A DNA stretch of 53,992 nucleotides, taken from NCBI RefSeq assembly GCF_001194135.2, contig NC_068991.1, positions 76,909,073 through 76,963,064 on the forward strand, in the 5' to 3' direction. This stretch comes from Octopus bimaculoides (Eukaryota). Under the pieces are notes generated by a model. It made no database searches and was not told where the DNA came from. It saw nothing but the letters and a program-made list of their open reading frames with translations. Below, one piece after another: positions 38,200 to 50,423 of the stretch. The translations under genes and the position numbers were made by a program. The first letter of the stretch is position 1; each line of letters opens with the position of its first letter.

Positions 38200-38750
38200 T
38201 TTCAGAATGAAATACAAACAAGAATAGCTCCTCACATTTGTTGCTATGTGGTTGAAAGGAATTAATGAGAATACAAAATCATGCATTCCAGAATATGTAC
38301 ACTATCCTACTACCTGGTTTGTAATATTTACAAATGCTTTAGAAGTATCAAATATATAAAATATATCTAACAAGTTTTGCACAGGCAATATTTTTCTCTC
38401 CATGGTTTATATGTATATAAAGAGTATTTGCATGAAGGATTCATCTGTAAAAAAGACCTCTAACAGACATTTGCCAGAATATGAAAGCTCCTTCGCCAAG
38501 GTCGACTTTACCTTTTATCCTTTCGGGGTTGATAAATTAAGTGCCAGTTGTGTACTGAGGTCGATCTAATTGACTGCCCCCACCACCACCACCACTACCA
38601 AATTTCAGGCTTTGTGCCTATAGTAGAAAAGAATATGAAAGCTCCAGTTTATATGTGAACCTTTAATAAAAACATCAGCATATTGTTTCCTGCTACTTCA
38701 TGTCTAATCAATCTCAATGCAGGAACAAACTAGACCAAAGAGAAACCCCA
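38200..38750 (+). mobile_element. Possible Penelope-like GIY-YIG relic, interrupted by a SINE
   Basis: Frameshifted G.IFSLH...KEYLHE..SSVKK resembles the YIG..R.LH.RIKEH..SS.KKH motif; very degraded. Confidence 0.3.
38492..38629 (+). mobile_element. 5'-truncated SINE family B with perfect TSD
   Basis: 16-bp TSD agaatatgaaagctcc at 38476-38491 and 38630-38645. Confidence 0.92.
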
Positions 38751-39099
38751 AAAACCCCACACTGCCACACTGCACTTATATTCCTGTGAGGGTTGAGGTA
38801 ATCAATAAAGCAGAGACATGACACACCCGAAACAATAACATTGGGGATTACCTCTAATCATTTAACAATATGCTGATGTTTATAACCATAAAGCCTATCA
38901 AAACAAGAACAAAATTCAAGTCATGTTCTGGTGGCCTTTCATTTTGAATATGTATATCTTAAAAGGAAATCACATGTAATATTAAAATTAGGCTAAGTCT
39001 ACGAATACTGATGTAGAGAAAGCAGAATTGCCGAATGACTTGAATTTTGTTCTTGTTTTGATAGGCTTTATGGTTATTTAGTGCTGTGTAAGCTACTTC

Positions 39100-39280
39100 C
39101 GAACAGAGTTCAGAAGAATTCCAGCCATGACCATCCCAACCTTTTTTTGAGACATACTGTGTCTTGGATTACTTTATCAATGCAACCTGTTTTAATGATG
39201 TTAGGATGTATTTTAAGGGCTATATGGCAGCTATTTTTAGTAATTTACATAACCACATCGAGGCTCTCTCATTGGTTTGT
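39100..39280 (-). mobile_element. Family D SINE-like repeat
   Basis: ttccagccatgaccatccc...ggcagctatttttagtaa is the reverse complement of the family D motifs. Confidence 0.5.
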
Positions 39281-39652
39281 CTTTGTTACAGCTTTGGAAT
39301 AAAGATGAATATTTGATGTGAGAAGAGAGGACAAGGAAATGGAGGTTTGTGTTAAGTGGCTTTCATTGCTTTTCTGTCTCTGCTTTTGCCTTTGATCTAT
39401 AAAAATCATTGTTTAGGCCTGTGAAGAAAACTCTAGCATTTAATTATAAATGGAAAATATGGGCTATTAATAATAATTATTTACTTTAAAAAATTATGTT
39501 CAAAAATATTACAGTTAATATGAAGCATTGTGAAGCAGAGCAATAGTGTTTAAGAAAGCCACTACAATGCAAGTTTAGAAATAAAGCATAAAGGGAAGCA
39601 AAATCAAAGCAAATCAAGAACAATGATTTGTGTTTTTTTTTTTTTTTTTTTT

Positions 39653-39662
39653 NNNNNNNNNN
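39653..39662. other. Assembly gap (10 N)
   Basis: N run. Confidence 1.
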
Positions 39663-39779
39663 TTTAATTTAGAAATCCCTTATGAATAAAACGGAGGATG
39701 AGCTCAGTCTGTCTGCACTGATCAAAATAACTAATCAGTTATTTTTCAAATGCAAAGATTGGGGAGTCGGGTCTGTGGA

Positions 39780-40290
39780 ACATGTGAACTGATTATGTTA
39801 AATCAGCTGATCAGCAGAACCCATATAATGTCTGTTGTTAATAGATGGATTAAATTTTATTAATCAGAACAGCCTCATTAATCCTAAGTTTCCAATATCA
39901 TTCTCTGGCTGGTAATAACTGTGATAGCTTCGTTATGACATCTTTCCAGATGTATTTTGATGGAGGATGCATTTGTATAACTGTGCTCTTTGATGCTGAT
40001 GTGCAGCTTGTGAATTGCTTTGAAATGTAAAATCTACTGTATTTACTACAAATTGTATACTGTGAGAGCCTGTGTCTCCACGTTGTTGATGGGGCAGTTG
40101 ACTAATGTGTGATTCGAGGTGGTACCAGACTAGTTCTGCAGCAGACCAGCAGATGGTAGCACATGGTTGTATGTGCAGTGCAAGGTAGCCAGATTTCAAA
40201 AGTGACAGGAACTCTGGGACTGATGTATTGCTGCACAAGGTCACAATTTCGAAGGAGATGATGTTAAAACTTAGGTAAATAAGTTAATTT
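39780..40290 (-). mobile_element. Penelope-like element relic (GIY-YIG endonuclease C-terminus)
   Basis: Minus frame VNCPINNVETQALTVYNL...KAIHKLHISIKEHSYTNASSIKIHLERCHNEAITVITSQRNDIGNLGLMRLF*LIKFNPSINNR matches the PLE GIY-YIG pattern (CP..., RIKEH, SSI..HL..C, NL.L.EA..I....P.IN). Confidence 0.6.
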
Positions 40291-41154
40291 TTATTAAACA
40301 TACCCTGTCTGGGAACCTTTTGATACCACTTTGTATATTGTGTGAGTTGACCCTCAAGGAAGGTCTAGTTGTCAGCCAGCTGTATATTCAAGCTCTTCCT
40401 ATGGATAGCTTATCAGGTTGTTATAGTTGTTCTGTCATTAAAATATAGCAGTTTGAAATAGCAAATGTTGTGTGAACTTTCATAATATCTAGCATTTTCT
40501 GAATTTAAGGATAAAGTATATTATGATTATAATTTTTTGAAATAAAAAGGCCAAAGAATTCTTTAGGGTTTTCTATTTATTTATAATTTAAGAATTCACT
40601 ACCTAAACCCCTTCATAATTATTGAAAAAAAAAAAAAAAAAAGTAATATTGATATGATATTAGTAGTTTCTTAAATTGCTCATCTATCTTTAGAATTAAA
40701 AGTTTACTTGCTTCAGTATCAAATCCATTATTGTAAAAATCCATTAAATATTTGAAATTACATTATCTCTGGAAACTTGAATTTATTGAAGAGTTCATTT
40801 AAGATAATGATGAAGGCTCTTATTACTGGGAAAATTTAGCAAGGACACAATCAACAAAAGAATAACCAAAAATGTATCTACTTAAAATTTGTATAATTCC
40901 TATGCTTTCTTTTTCGAGTTAGTTAAGTGCAGACTAACAAAGCCCATGACTTTTGAGGGCCTCATAGAATTGATATGGTCTATGCTTAGCTTGAATATTT
41001 TTAGGTTACTCTTTGTAAGAAAAGCATGCACAGGCTGCAGTTTTGGCAAAGACAGGGTTTTGTGTAGGGTCTAGAAAGTGATGAGTGAGTTTTGTGTAGG
41101 TAGGGTTGGATTAAGACCCATTGAGGCCCTTAGCACTTAAAAGATTTTGGTGTC

Positions 41155-41370
41155 TCCATCATCATAATCATCATCTTTTAATGTCCGTTGTCTATGGTGG
41201 CATAGGCTGGATGGTTTGACCAGGGCTGGTAAGCTGAGGGGCTGCACCAGACTCCAGTCTGATCTGGCATGGTTTCTAATGCCAACCACTCCGAGAGTGT
41301 AATGGGTGCATTTACATGCCACCAGCATGGGTGCCAGTTGCGTGACACCAGTATCTGCCACAACTACAGA
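41155..41370 (-). mobile_element. SINE family A
   Basis: (CAT)n tttaatgtccg...gccaaccactccgagagtgtaatgggtgc. Confidence 0.85.
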
Positions 41371-41374
41371 CACA

Positions 41375-41520
41375 CACACATGACAAGCTTCTGCACAGTT
41401 TCCATCTACCAAATTTCACTTGCTTGTAATACTTGCTCAAGGTGATATGCACAACACCCTGAGTTATGGGATCAAACCAAGTACCATTTAGTTGTGAAGC
41501 ATCTTAGTCATAGAGGTGTT
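41375..41520 (-). mobile_element. SINE family C fragment
   Basis: gcttctgcacagtttccatctaccaaatttcac...tacttgctcaagg. Confidence 0.65.
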
Positions 41521-41804
41521 CCTGTATGTATTTTGCAAATTCTCAAATATAGTGGGCAATATATTGTTAGTACAATCACTCAGTCTGCTTGAAATAGCTG
41601 CCAATTCTTCCTCATATCCCATCCACATTCTTTTTAGATACAGGCACATCAGATAGTGTAGTCTTTGTTACACTGTGTCTGAATAAAAATTGGAATGGTC
41701 AAGGCTGAGTTTCTTTGGTTATTGTTCTGTTTGATCAGAGCCGATCAAGGGCCAAACTTCTTGTATATGAAGTGTCTTTGATATATTTAATTACTGCATC
41801 TATA

Positions 41805-42130
41805 CTGGCACCCATGCTGGTGGAATGTAGTGAAGCATGGGTTGATGCCAGTGTCACCTGACTGGCTCCCTGTGTTGGTGGCACATAAAAAGCACCATCT
41901 AACTTGGTCAATGCCAGTGCTCCCTGGCTGGCTCCCATGCTATTGGCATGTAAAAAGCACCCACTACACTCTCAGAGTGGTTGGCGTTAGGAAGGGCATC
42001 CAGTTGTAGAAACCTTGCCAGGTCAGACTGGAGCCCGGTGCAGCCTCCCGGCTTGTGAGTTCTCAGTCAGATTGTCCTACCCATGCCAGCATGGAAAGTG
42101 GATGTTAAATGATGATGATGATGATAATGA
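41805..42130 (+). mobile_element. SINE family A, full length
   Basis: ggcatgtaaaaagcacccactacactctcagagtggttggcgttaggaagggcatccag...(GAT)n. Confidence 0.9.
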
Positions 42131-42156
42131 TCCTGTTGTAACTAACTCTTAAGAAT

Positions 42157-42310
42157 TCATGAAACTTTTACTCTAGAATTAACAAAGTACTACATGGGGA
42201 GTCANNNNNNNNNNACTTTTACTCTAGAATTAACAAAGTACTACATGGGGAGTCAATTCATGAAACTTTTACTCTAGAATTAACAAAGTACTACATGGGG
42301 AGTCAATTCA
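42157..42310. repeat. 50-bp unit x3 spanning a 10-N gap (42205-42214)
   Basis: attcatgaaacttttactctagaattaacaaagtactacatggggagtca repeated identically. Confidence 0.9.
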
Positions 42311-43332
42311 ATCAACTCTCTGAGAAGAATAAAAATAAAAAAGCTGAAGAGAAATATATATTAGGAGATGCATTGTATTTCTTTAGACAAAGAAAATATG
42401 CTCATGTATTCATAGTGAAACTCGACCTTAACTATTTTCTGTTTAACCCCTGACCTCTGTGTCTGCTGAAAAGGCAAACTCTTGGAGTGTTCATACAATT
42501 TATTCACATTGTGTGTGTGTGTGAGAGAGAGAGAGATGGGTGTGCTTGCATTTTGGTGTGTATGTGTATATGGGAATGGGTACGTTTGTGTGTGTTGAAT
42601 GCTAACAGCTGCAATGACGCACCGCTGCCTGCTTTCTGTTCTGCTGCACAAAGCAGGGTCAGGCATTGCCTTTACTTTTAATCATTGCTCCATTATTTGT
42701 GTGGGGTGGGCACTGATATTCAGTATTCAACAAAAACTGCCCCACCAAGGGTGTATGCACCAGTCTGTTAATTGGTGGTAAGTGAAGTCTAGATGGGGGT
42801 GGGGGTGGGGAGGTGAATAGGGACGAGGAAAATAAAACGAAAGGGATGCAATAGAAAGAGTGTAAAACTAGGAGGGAAAGGGAAGTGATAGGAGTTAGAA
42901 AAGAGAAAGAAGAAAATAAAAGAGAGAGAGAGAAAGAGAGAGAAGAGTAATAAGCATGAAACAGAAAAGGTGAAGAGAGTAGAGGCAAGATAAATAAAAA
43001 AAAAAAGAGAAAAAGAAAAGAGAGCTGGAAACTAAAGAGAGTGAATTTAAAAGAAATTAATGGGAATTGTAAGAAAGATGGAATTTTGAAGGGTGGGAGA
43101 AGAGGTGACAGTTAAAAAGAGAAGGTAATTTGGAGGACAAAGGGAATAAAGATTAGAGGACAGAGAAGGGATGAAGAGTAAGAACACTTGCTTAAGCTTT
43201 GAGACTGGCGGCTTACTAAAATATTGTTTAATTACTAATTAGCTGATGAGTGCAATGTCTCAAGAAAAACAACAAAAATTTAGCAAAGTGCACCACAACT
43301 TCATAAAATTGTCACTGATGCAGGAACTGCTT

Positions 43333-44202
43333 TTTGTGTTTGGGCTAAATATGATAGTTTGTATAAAAGGAAAAGAAAGTACAAGATTCCATCCAGAAAA
43401 TAAAAATGTTTTTAAAAAATCAAAAAATGTCAACTAGATTGTCCCTAGGAGATAACAATTTATTCAAAGTAGCTGTCCTCTGCTTCCACCACAGCCTCAA
43501 GCCTGCTCCAAAACCTGGTACACACATTCCTCATTGTGTCCCTGGGAAGATCCTCAAACACCTCTTTGATCTTTGCCACCAGCTTGACCTTGGTGTTGCA
43601 GGCAGAATAGTTGATGGCTTTCTCCATGGGATTACCATACAGGGAATTAGGGGGTCAAAAATGGGGATTGGTGAAGTTATAGAAATTCTTTGAAAACTAC
43701 TTCTGACTCTTTTTGTAGCAATGGCAAGGAACTAAATCTTGCTCCATATGGCCTTCCAGTAGCAACCCTCTCCAGCCAGGATTTGACTACAGCCTCTAGC
43801 AGCTTTGTTTAGCCATCTGAATTGAGGCACTGTCCAAAGATGTGGGTTGGCATGACATCATCCTCACTGGGGTCACACCCAATGGCCATCACAGTTTGGG
43901 AGAACTTGGTTTTCATGATAGGTGGGACATATCCATATCAATCTGACAGCCTTTACGGTGTTCACAGAGCATTGAACAGCAGTCGTAACGTTGGCATTTT
44001 GATACCTGGTGTGAATTATTATGATACAGGTGATTCTTTTCCAATATTTGATTGGCTTCAAGTCCACCATGTCACCTAACTTTTTCTCAATTGCAACTTC
44101 AATCATTATGCTCTCCACTGCTGTTGACTGTTCACCAATACATCAAGCTGTTCTGGTAAAAAATGAGATGTAAAATGCTGTCAGATTTAACCCAAACACC
44201 CG
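43333..44202 (-). mobile_element. Mariner-like (DD37D/maT-type) DNA transposon, internally deleted, with TIRs
   Basis: Minus frames MKTKFSQTVMAIGC...VVKSWLERVATGRPY and ACNTKVKLVAKIKEVFEDLPRDTMRNVCTRFWSRLEAVVEAEDSYFE*; TIR gtgtttgggctaaatatgatag (43336-43357) versus ctgtcagatttaacccaaacac (44178-44199); TA at 44203-44204. Confidence 0.88.
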
Positions 44203-44576
44203 TATGTCGTTATAAACAAATTCATTAACTCCAGGTCGTTTCATTATGCATTTTACTTTCTATTGAAATATTTGATGATACAGACGCTATATTTGATTTG
44301 ATATGTAACTGATTAATATTACAATAACTCATCTTGATTTTTTTAAGTAAAGTCCTAAATCTTCCCCAACCTTTATGTTCTCAATTGCTTTATTCGCTAT
44401 TGCCTGTCTGATCTTCACAGCTGGCATCTTTGCTGGCTTCAATGAGACAAGATTGTTTCTAATCCATTTATTTTCTTGTTTGACTATCATTTAAAGAGAC
44501 ATTAATGCTTCTTATGCACATCAGCTTAGAAGAATACACTAATATCATTGGATAAAATATAATCTCGTAATACACT

Positions 44577-44577
<1 letters not shown>

Positions 44578-44615
<38 letters not shown>
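44578..44615. repeat. (AT)n microsatellite
   Basis: Pure run. Confidence 0.99.
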
Positions 44616-44617
<2 letters not shown>

Positions 44618-44984
44618 CATGCCCACGGATAGCCAAACACAAATGATTGCTACTCTCCATTTTTACCCTACTTATGGATTCTCATAATAAATCCACTGTT
44701 TTGCCTTGTTCCAACTCTTTAACCTTATTTTTTTTTTCTTGTGAATTATTTTCTGCATTTTCTGTTAAACTGCTTTGGTTTTTCTTCCTACACCTCAGAG
44801 TGGTACCCTGCCCCTAACAAAAACTGTTTTTCAAATAACTTTAAAATAGGTGTAGGTATTGCTGTGTGGTAAAGCAGTTTGCATTATAACAATGTAATTA
44901 TTTCAGGTTGGGTTTCACTGCAAAACACATTAAGTAAATGTCTGGTGTGCTAACCCTTCTGCCCGCTCGCAGCCTTCTAAAACA

Positions 44985-45200
44985 TTCTTTTCTACTTTAG
45001 GCACAAGGCCCGAAATTTTGGGGGTGGGGGCCAGTCAATTAGATCAACCTCAGTATGCAACTGGTACTTAATTTATCGACCCTGACAGGATAAAGGGCAA
45101 AGTCAACCTCGGTAGAATTTGAACTCAGAACGTTAAGACAGACGAAATCCAGCTAAGCATTTTGCCTGGTGTGCTAACATTTCTGCCAACTTACTGCCTT
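44985..45200 (-). mobile_element. SINE family B, with additional B and C fragments at 44845-44980 and 45201-45330
   Basis: Nearly identical to 5119-5333. Confidence 0.9.
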
Positions 45201-45840
45201 TTAGTACTTTATTTTATTAGTACCATATGGAGGAAAGGCAAAGTTAGCTTCGGCAGGATGTAAACTCAGAATATAAAGAGCCAGAAGAAATACCACAAAA
45301 TGTTTTCCTTAGCTCTCTAACAATTCTGCCAATTATTGTCATTCATTACATTTATTTATTTATATATATTTTAAGGTTTGCGAAATTTCTCAACATGCTC
45401 TTCTGATATGTTTTTGAATGATCTTATTGAACTGTGTTAGCCTCTCTGAAGCATCTCTGAAAAAGTAATGCCTCATACTACGTACTATAACTTCAGGTGT
45501 ACTAGAAGGTTACATTCTGAATCTAATTTGCATTATATTTTGTGACATAACTTCATTGGCAGCTTACTTTTATTTATCCAGCTGTGTAGAGTAGGCAGTC
45601 AGCTTCCAGGTGAGATTGTAATACTGTTTCAATTCATTATGCCACTTGGGAAAAACCTGAATGCTACTGTTCCCATTTTCCTTTCAGTGTAAAGCCTTGT
45701 GTCAGGTGAGAAAGACTCAGTATCGGTTCCCTCAGGTATCTCAATACTTCCTTTATCAGATGATGTTACCTTTGTGTCACTTAAGGTTTTTCCTTGCTTA
45801 AAGCAGTAATTCTTTATTGCTTCATGCACAGATTTAATTA

Positions 45841-46000
45841 AAGTGGTTGATTGGCAGAATTATTGGAACATTAGACAAATGCTTTGCAACAACTGTTCTA
45901 GTTCTTTGTGTTCTGAGTTCATATCCTGCCACAGTTAACTTTGCTTTCCATCATTCTGAAGTCAATAAACGAAGTTCCAGTCAAGTACTCGGGTTGATTC
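45841..46000 (+). mobile_element. SINE family B, degenerate
   Basis: ttggcagaattattgg...gttctgagttcatatcc...aactttgctttccatc. Confidence 0.6.
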
Positions 46001-47989
46001 TCTCTCTCTCTCTCTCAGAATTGACCATGTCATGAATGGATTATGAAGGGCCACTCAGTGACTGTTCCCTCCAAGAAATGGAGAAAGGGTGAGTGACGGG
46101 CTGATAGTCTTTCATTCAGCATGCTATAAAACCTGTACCCAAGAAACCAGAGATGGCAGGTGTGGATGGATGTTCTGTATGGCAGAATGGTTGTAGCAGA
46201 CAATACACTGTACTTATAAGCTGTTCATACTTTCTTCTTCATTAGAAAGCCATTGCTCTGAACTTGATTTTGAACTCTTTCTTCAGGCTATATGCTAAGG
46301 GTTTATGCTAACTGAAATAACTGAAGGAGCATAAAAACTGGCCATGTTAATAGGGTTTGTGCTGACCTGCTGACAAAGGGTTTGTGTCACATCAGTGGTT
46401 TTGCTCTATTGTATTGTTAAAGTCAGCCGTAAACAGAAGACCCAGTTGTAAATAGGCATCGTATAGAAGTCTAAGCACTAAGTGACATCTAATTAACATC
46501 TGCTTGTAATGTTAAACTTGTATGGAATTAAATTCTTACATGAGAAAAATAACATTGTTACACCTTAGTTAGTAGTGTATTGTGGTGATGGAAAGAACAT
46601 TTGAAGGCTTTATCATCATTACCTTTTTATCATAACTTCCACTATGGCATAATGTCACCGTGTGAATAGCAGCAGCAGAACAACTATGATCTTTCTACCC
46701 AAAGGAGAAAGAACTGAAAACTTCAATGCTAAAGAATAGGTGGCTAAAAAAATCTAAAGAACTGGTGAATAGAAGAATTGTGAATAGAATAACTATAGAA
46801 CAAAAGACAAGAAGAAGTATGGAACAGAAGGAATCTCTGTTGTCATTATTATTATTTTTTTTTTTTTTGCATTCATTCTTGTTTCTCTGTGTTCTAAATT
46901 ATCAAATTCTGAAGTTACTTCTTTCAGTTTTGAGAAATTTGAATACATAAATTATCAGCAAAATAAAACCAGGATCATGTTAGATAATGGAATGGCAAAA
47001 GGAGTGAAAGATAAAACAGATTTTCTGCTGAGGTTTTCCATATCAATTGGCATGCTGTTGCCTTTATTCTTCTAGCAAAAGACACTAAATTGAAGATGAT
47101 AAAATGAAAGCTAAAGAAATAAACAAATGAAATCTCCAATAATTAGAAATTGGAATCATTTGATGAACAAGACAGATAAGGAAACTGTTATATTAAGAGA
47201 TATAACCCGGATTCTTGATACAGATAGCAAAATAAAAGCAAACATCTTGTTGCATTTTGTATTATGTTATAGAAACAAATGTTCTTGATAGCATTTTATG
47301 TCAGTGCAAATGCATTGCTGCTCCTTCTCCATTCTCTTCTCACACCGCTTCTATCTCGCATTCCTGCGCCTTCCCCATTCTCTTCTCACACCACTCTATC
47401 TCCTTATCTTCATTATCAGTTTATTGTTTGTTTTTATTTTTCCATGTTGTCATTGGTTTGACAGATACTCTCTACAAACACCTGTATAAATGACAAAATT
47501 TCTGTTTTTGAAGCACATGAAATTATGACTTAGTTCTGGTTACACACACACACACACATATACATACAGGTATACTCATATACGTATATGTACACATACA
47601 TGCTCACTCTTGTATAAATATAGTATTTGGTGCTTTGATTATTAGATGACTTGAGAATCTCACAAATTTTGATATTGAACTGTTTCCACTGAAAAACAGT
47701 TTATGTAGGATGCAGTAGGGAAAAAGGGAGGAAGAAATAAGGATCATCTCAGCTTCCAACTATTTGAGTAAAAAGGGCCGGGTGTTGTGCATTAAAGGTA
47801 TATGTGGATTTTGAAACACCTTATAGATTAGCTTTTTAAATGAGTTTTTAGCTTTTGTTGTTTACCATCTTCTGTGAATTCTTGGGGAACAAAATGCAAC
47901 CACGTTCACTGCATATGATATAGGGAAGGAAAAGCAATGCTCACGACCCTTTTCAAGGGCACTGAAGCGAGGAAGTGAAGAAGTTATTC

Positions 47990-48320
47990 CCAGAGCAGAG
48001 ACTTTGCCTGATTGTTTTCCAAAGCCTAGATTCTGCTAAAGGCATACCAGAGAGAGGTAAGAGTTGATGTTAAATTGAACACTACAAAGCTCAGGTGACG
48101 CCCAGCATGGAGTATTGCTTTTACATCCGGGATAGTGCACACACGAAAATCGTAGACCATATTCAGAAACGGGCCACCTGACTGACTGGTATAAAATCAC
48201 TCACAGACATGCTACAGCTCTGTGGATTTGAATTCGAGATTTTTAGACTGAAAGACCAGCACCATGTCTGTTTTGTAATTTCACTTCTACAATTTTACAT
48301 ACATTTTGGATGTGCTATGT
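47990..48320 (+). mobile_element. CR1/Jockey-group LINE 3' RT fragment
   Basis: YKAQVTPSMEYCFYIRDSAHTKIVDHIQKRAT*LTG...LQ resembles the CR1-like YKAQ.RP..EYCSH.W...LD..QKRA motif. Confidence 0.65.
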
Positions 48321-48829
48321 GTTAACTTTCCAATAACTGAAGCCATGAAATTATACTTTAATAAATATTTTTCTTCTTATGTTTTCTCAAGACTTTGTTT
48401 GCTATTTATTGCTTTTAAAGTTGACTGTACTTGAAATTGAGTTAGGTTTGAGTTACATTATATGCATCCTGCCCCAAGAGACCTTCCACCACCAACACCA
48501 CCATCACCAACCACCACCATCACCAACCACCACCACCAACCACTCACGTACACTCAGGATGTGCCAGGCAACTGAGAATAAAACCAAAGAAGAAAAAGCC
48601 AGAATACCAAACAGTAGCAATGGATACACCCAGCAAAATAACGCAGATGTTCAAGTCGATACATCAAAGAAATAAAACCACTCTGAACCCTAATGAAGGC
48701 CCCAATGCAGCCATGGAAACAACTGCCATCAGGTATCCTCTGACAATGTCTTCTGCCACACCCACAACAGAAGATCCTACCCCCACCCCAACATGTCTGT
48801 GGCACTGCAGAACTGTTGGCTAATTCTTA

Positions 48830-49280
48830 TCCCTTTGATGATGCTCCAAGTTCAAATACGGCACACTAGAAGGTCAAGTGATACTGGGAATCACATGATT
48901 ACATAATTTGCCTGGGTCTTGTGATACATGAACTGACCCTTACTTATCATGTAGGCCTTTACCTGATACCCACTTGCACTACACTTCTGATAATGGATTC
49001 TGCTATCTTTAACTGCTTGGAAGTAGTCCTTATTAACTCAGTGGAGTTATTGATGATGGCCTGGATCTGCTGGTTGAACTTGGCCATTGAAATGATGTCT
49101 GACTGCTGAGAATGATTTTCTCCTCTGGCTACAAACGACATGTCCAACACTTTCCCAACCCCGAATATGAAGAACCCGGTCATATTCAAAAAGCTGGCAG
49201 TATCCAAGTTACTGTGGTTGGCAGCTAGAGCTAAAATCTTGGCATGCCTTTTCGTTTCCTGTTGGTATATCTGAAAAAGA
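48830..49280 (-). mobile_element. Mariner DD37D-type transposase N-terminal relic
   Basis: QETKRHAKILALAANHSNLDTASFLN...HSQQSDII...QQIQAIINN...IRSVVQVGIR, then with a frameshift YMISKGQFM; this is the HTH-region pattern of that family. Confidence 0.75.
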
Positions 49281-49963
49281 ATTGAGAAAGTTAAAAGTCA
49301 GTAAAAACTGCATAACATTACATTAGATCATCTATTATGGTCTACTAAAGTTTATTTGTATATATCCAACACACACTCTCCCTCTCTCTCTGCACACACA
49401 CCCTGTTCTTTTTTTAGGATTTCTACATACTTGTTTATTGTAGAAGTAAATAGTCTGATGTATGTTTATGTGTGGTAACTAGAATTAGAAACATTTCAGT
49501 CTTTTCCTAAAACTTAACAGCATTTTGTACAACCATCAAATTTAAGTAATGATGATTTAAAACAAAGTTTACCCATCAGATGTCCAGCTGGTGATACATT
49601 TTGCTTGGTTTCATTGTTCACATCTGCAGTTCTCAGTCATTTTTAACAATGGACCCCTCTGATTCTTATTCTACTCTATTAGATCCTCATAACTATTCTC
49701 TGTTTAAAAGAATCCTATTATATTTTCATAATTGAATATTATTACAAATAATATTTAGAAATTATTAAAATATTTTTCGTATTGTGGAAGTATTTATTGC
49801 ACATGACTTTTAACAACAAACTCTTATATGAACGCCCAAGGGTCTTTTGAACTCTGGCTGAGAACAACTGGCAGAATGTGTCTTCTGTAGTTTGTTGTCA
49901 TTTGTTGTGCAGAGATTAGAGGCCCATGTATGACTGGCCTAATCCATGACAGATATAATACAT

Positions 49964-50167
49964 GGTGGAACTGTTAGCACGCTGGGCGAAATGCTTAGTG
50001 ATATTTCGTCTCTCATTATGTTCTGAGTTCAAATTCAGCCAAGGTTGACTTTGTCTTTCATCCCTTCAGGGTCGATAAATTAAATACCAGTTGCATGCTG
50101 GGGTTGATCTAATCGACTGGCCCCGTCCCCCAAAATTTCAGGCCTTGTGTTTAGAGTAGAAAAGAAT
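49964..50167 (+). mobile_element. SINE family B
   Basis: gttagcacgctgggcgaaatgcttag...gagttcaaattc...gagtagaaaagaa. Confidence 0.9.
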
Positions 50168-50187
50168 ATATTATTTTACACTTTGTT

Positions 50188-50391
50188 AAAGCGGTGAGCT
50201 GGCAGAATCGTTAGCACACCAGGCAAAATGCTAAGTGGTATTTCATCTGCCACTACGTTCTGAGTTTGAATTCTGCCTTTCATCCTTTCGGGGTTGATGA
50301 AATAAGTACCAGTTATGCACTGGGTCAATATAATCGACTAGCCCCATTCCCACCAAAATTTTCAAGGCTTTGTGCCTAGAGTAGAAATAAT
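50188..50391 (+). mobile_element. SINE family B (tandem second copy)
   Basis: gcggtgagctggcagaatcgttagcac...gtgcctagagtagaaa. Confidence 0.9.
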
Positions 50392-50423
50392 TCTTTTACG
50401 GTTTGTATAGCAATGAATTTAGT

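Noticed and set aside
39933-40244. 103-aa ORF in the track as a gene
   Set aside because: It overlaps the Penelope relic, whose meaningful residues lie in a different, broken frame.
42157-42310. Three identical 50-bp units (CRISPR- or minisatellite-like)
   Set aside because: No spacers, eukaryotic context, and the units straddle a 10-N gap; probably a contig-overlap artefact or a trivial tandem duplication.
42630-42670. Hairpin cctgcttt/aaagcagg as a possible pre-miRNA
   Set aside because: The stem is only ~8 bp, too short for a miRNA precursor.
43234-43270. CTGATGAG here, and at ~53202, as additional hammerheads
   Set aside because: No stem II-GAAA-stem III or stem I pairing follows.
45580-45740. 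Plus-strand microexons (28 nt and 18 nt) with strong-looking splice sites
   Set aside because: Joining them creates a stop, and the sites are the antisense of S/P/D/E codons in the minus-strand frame.
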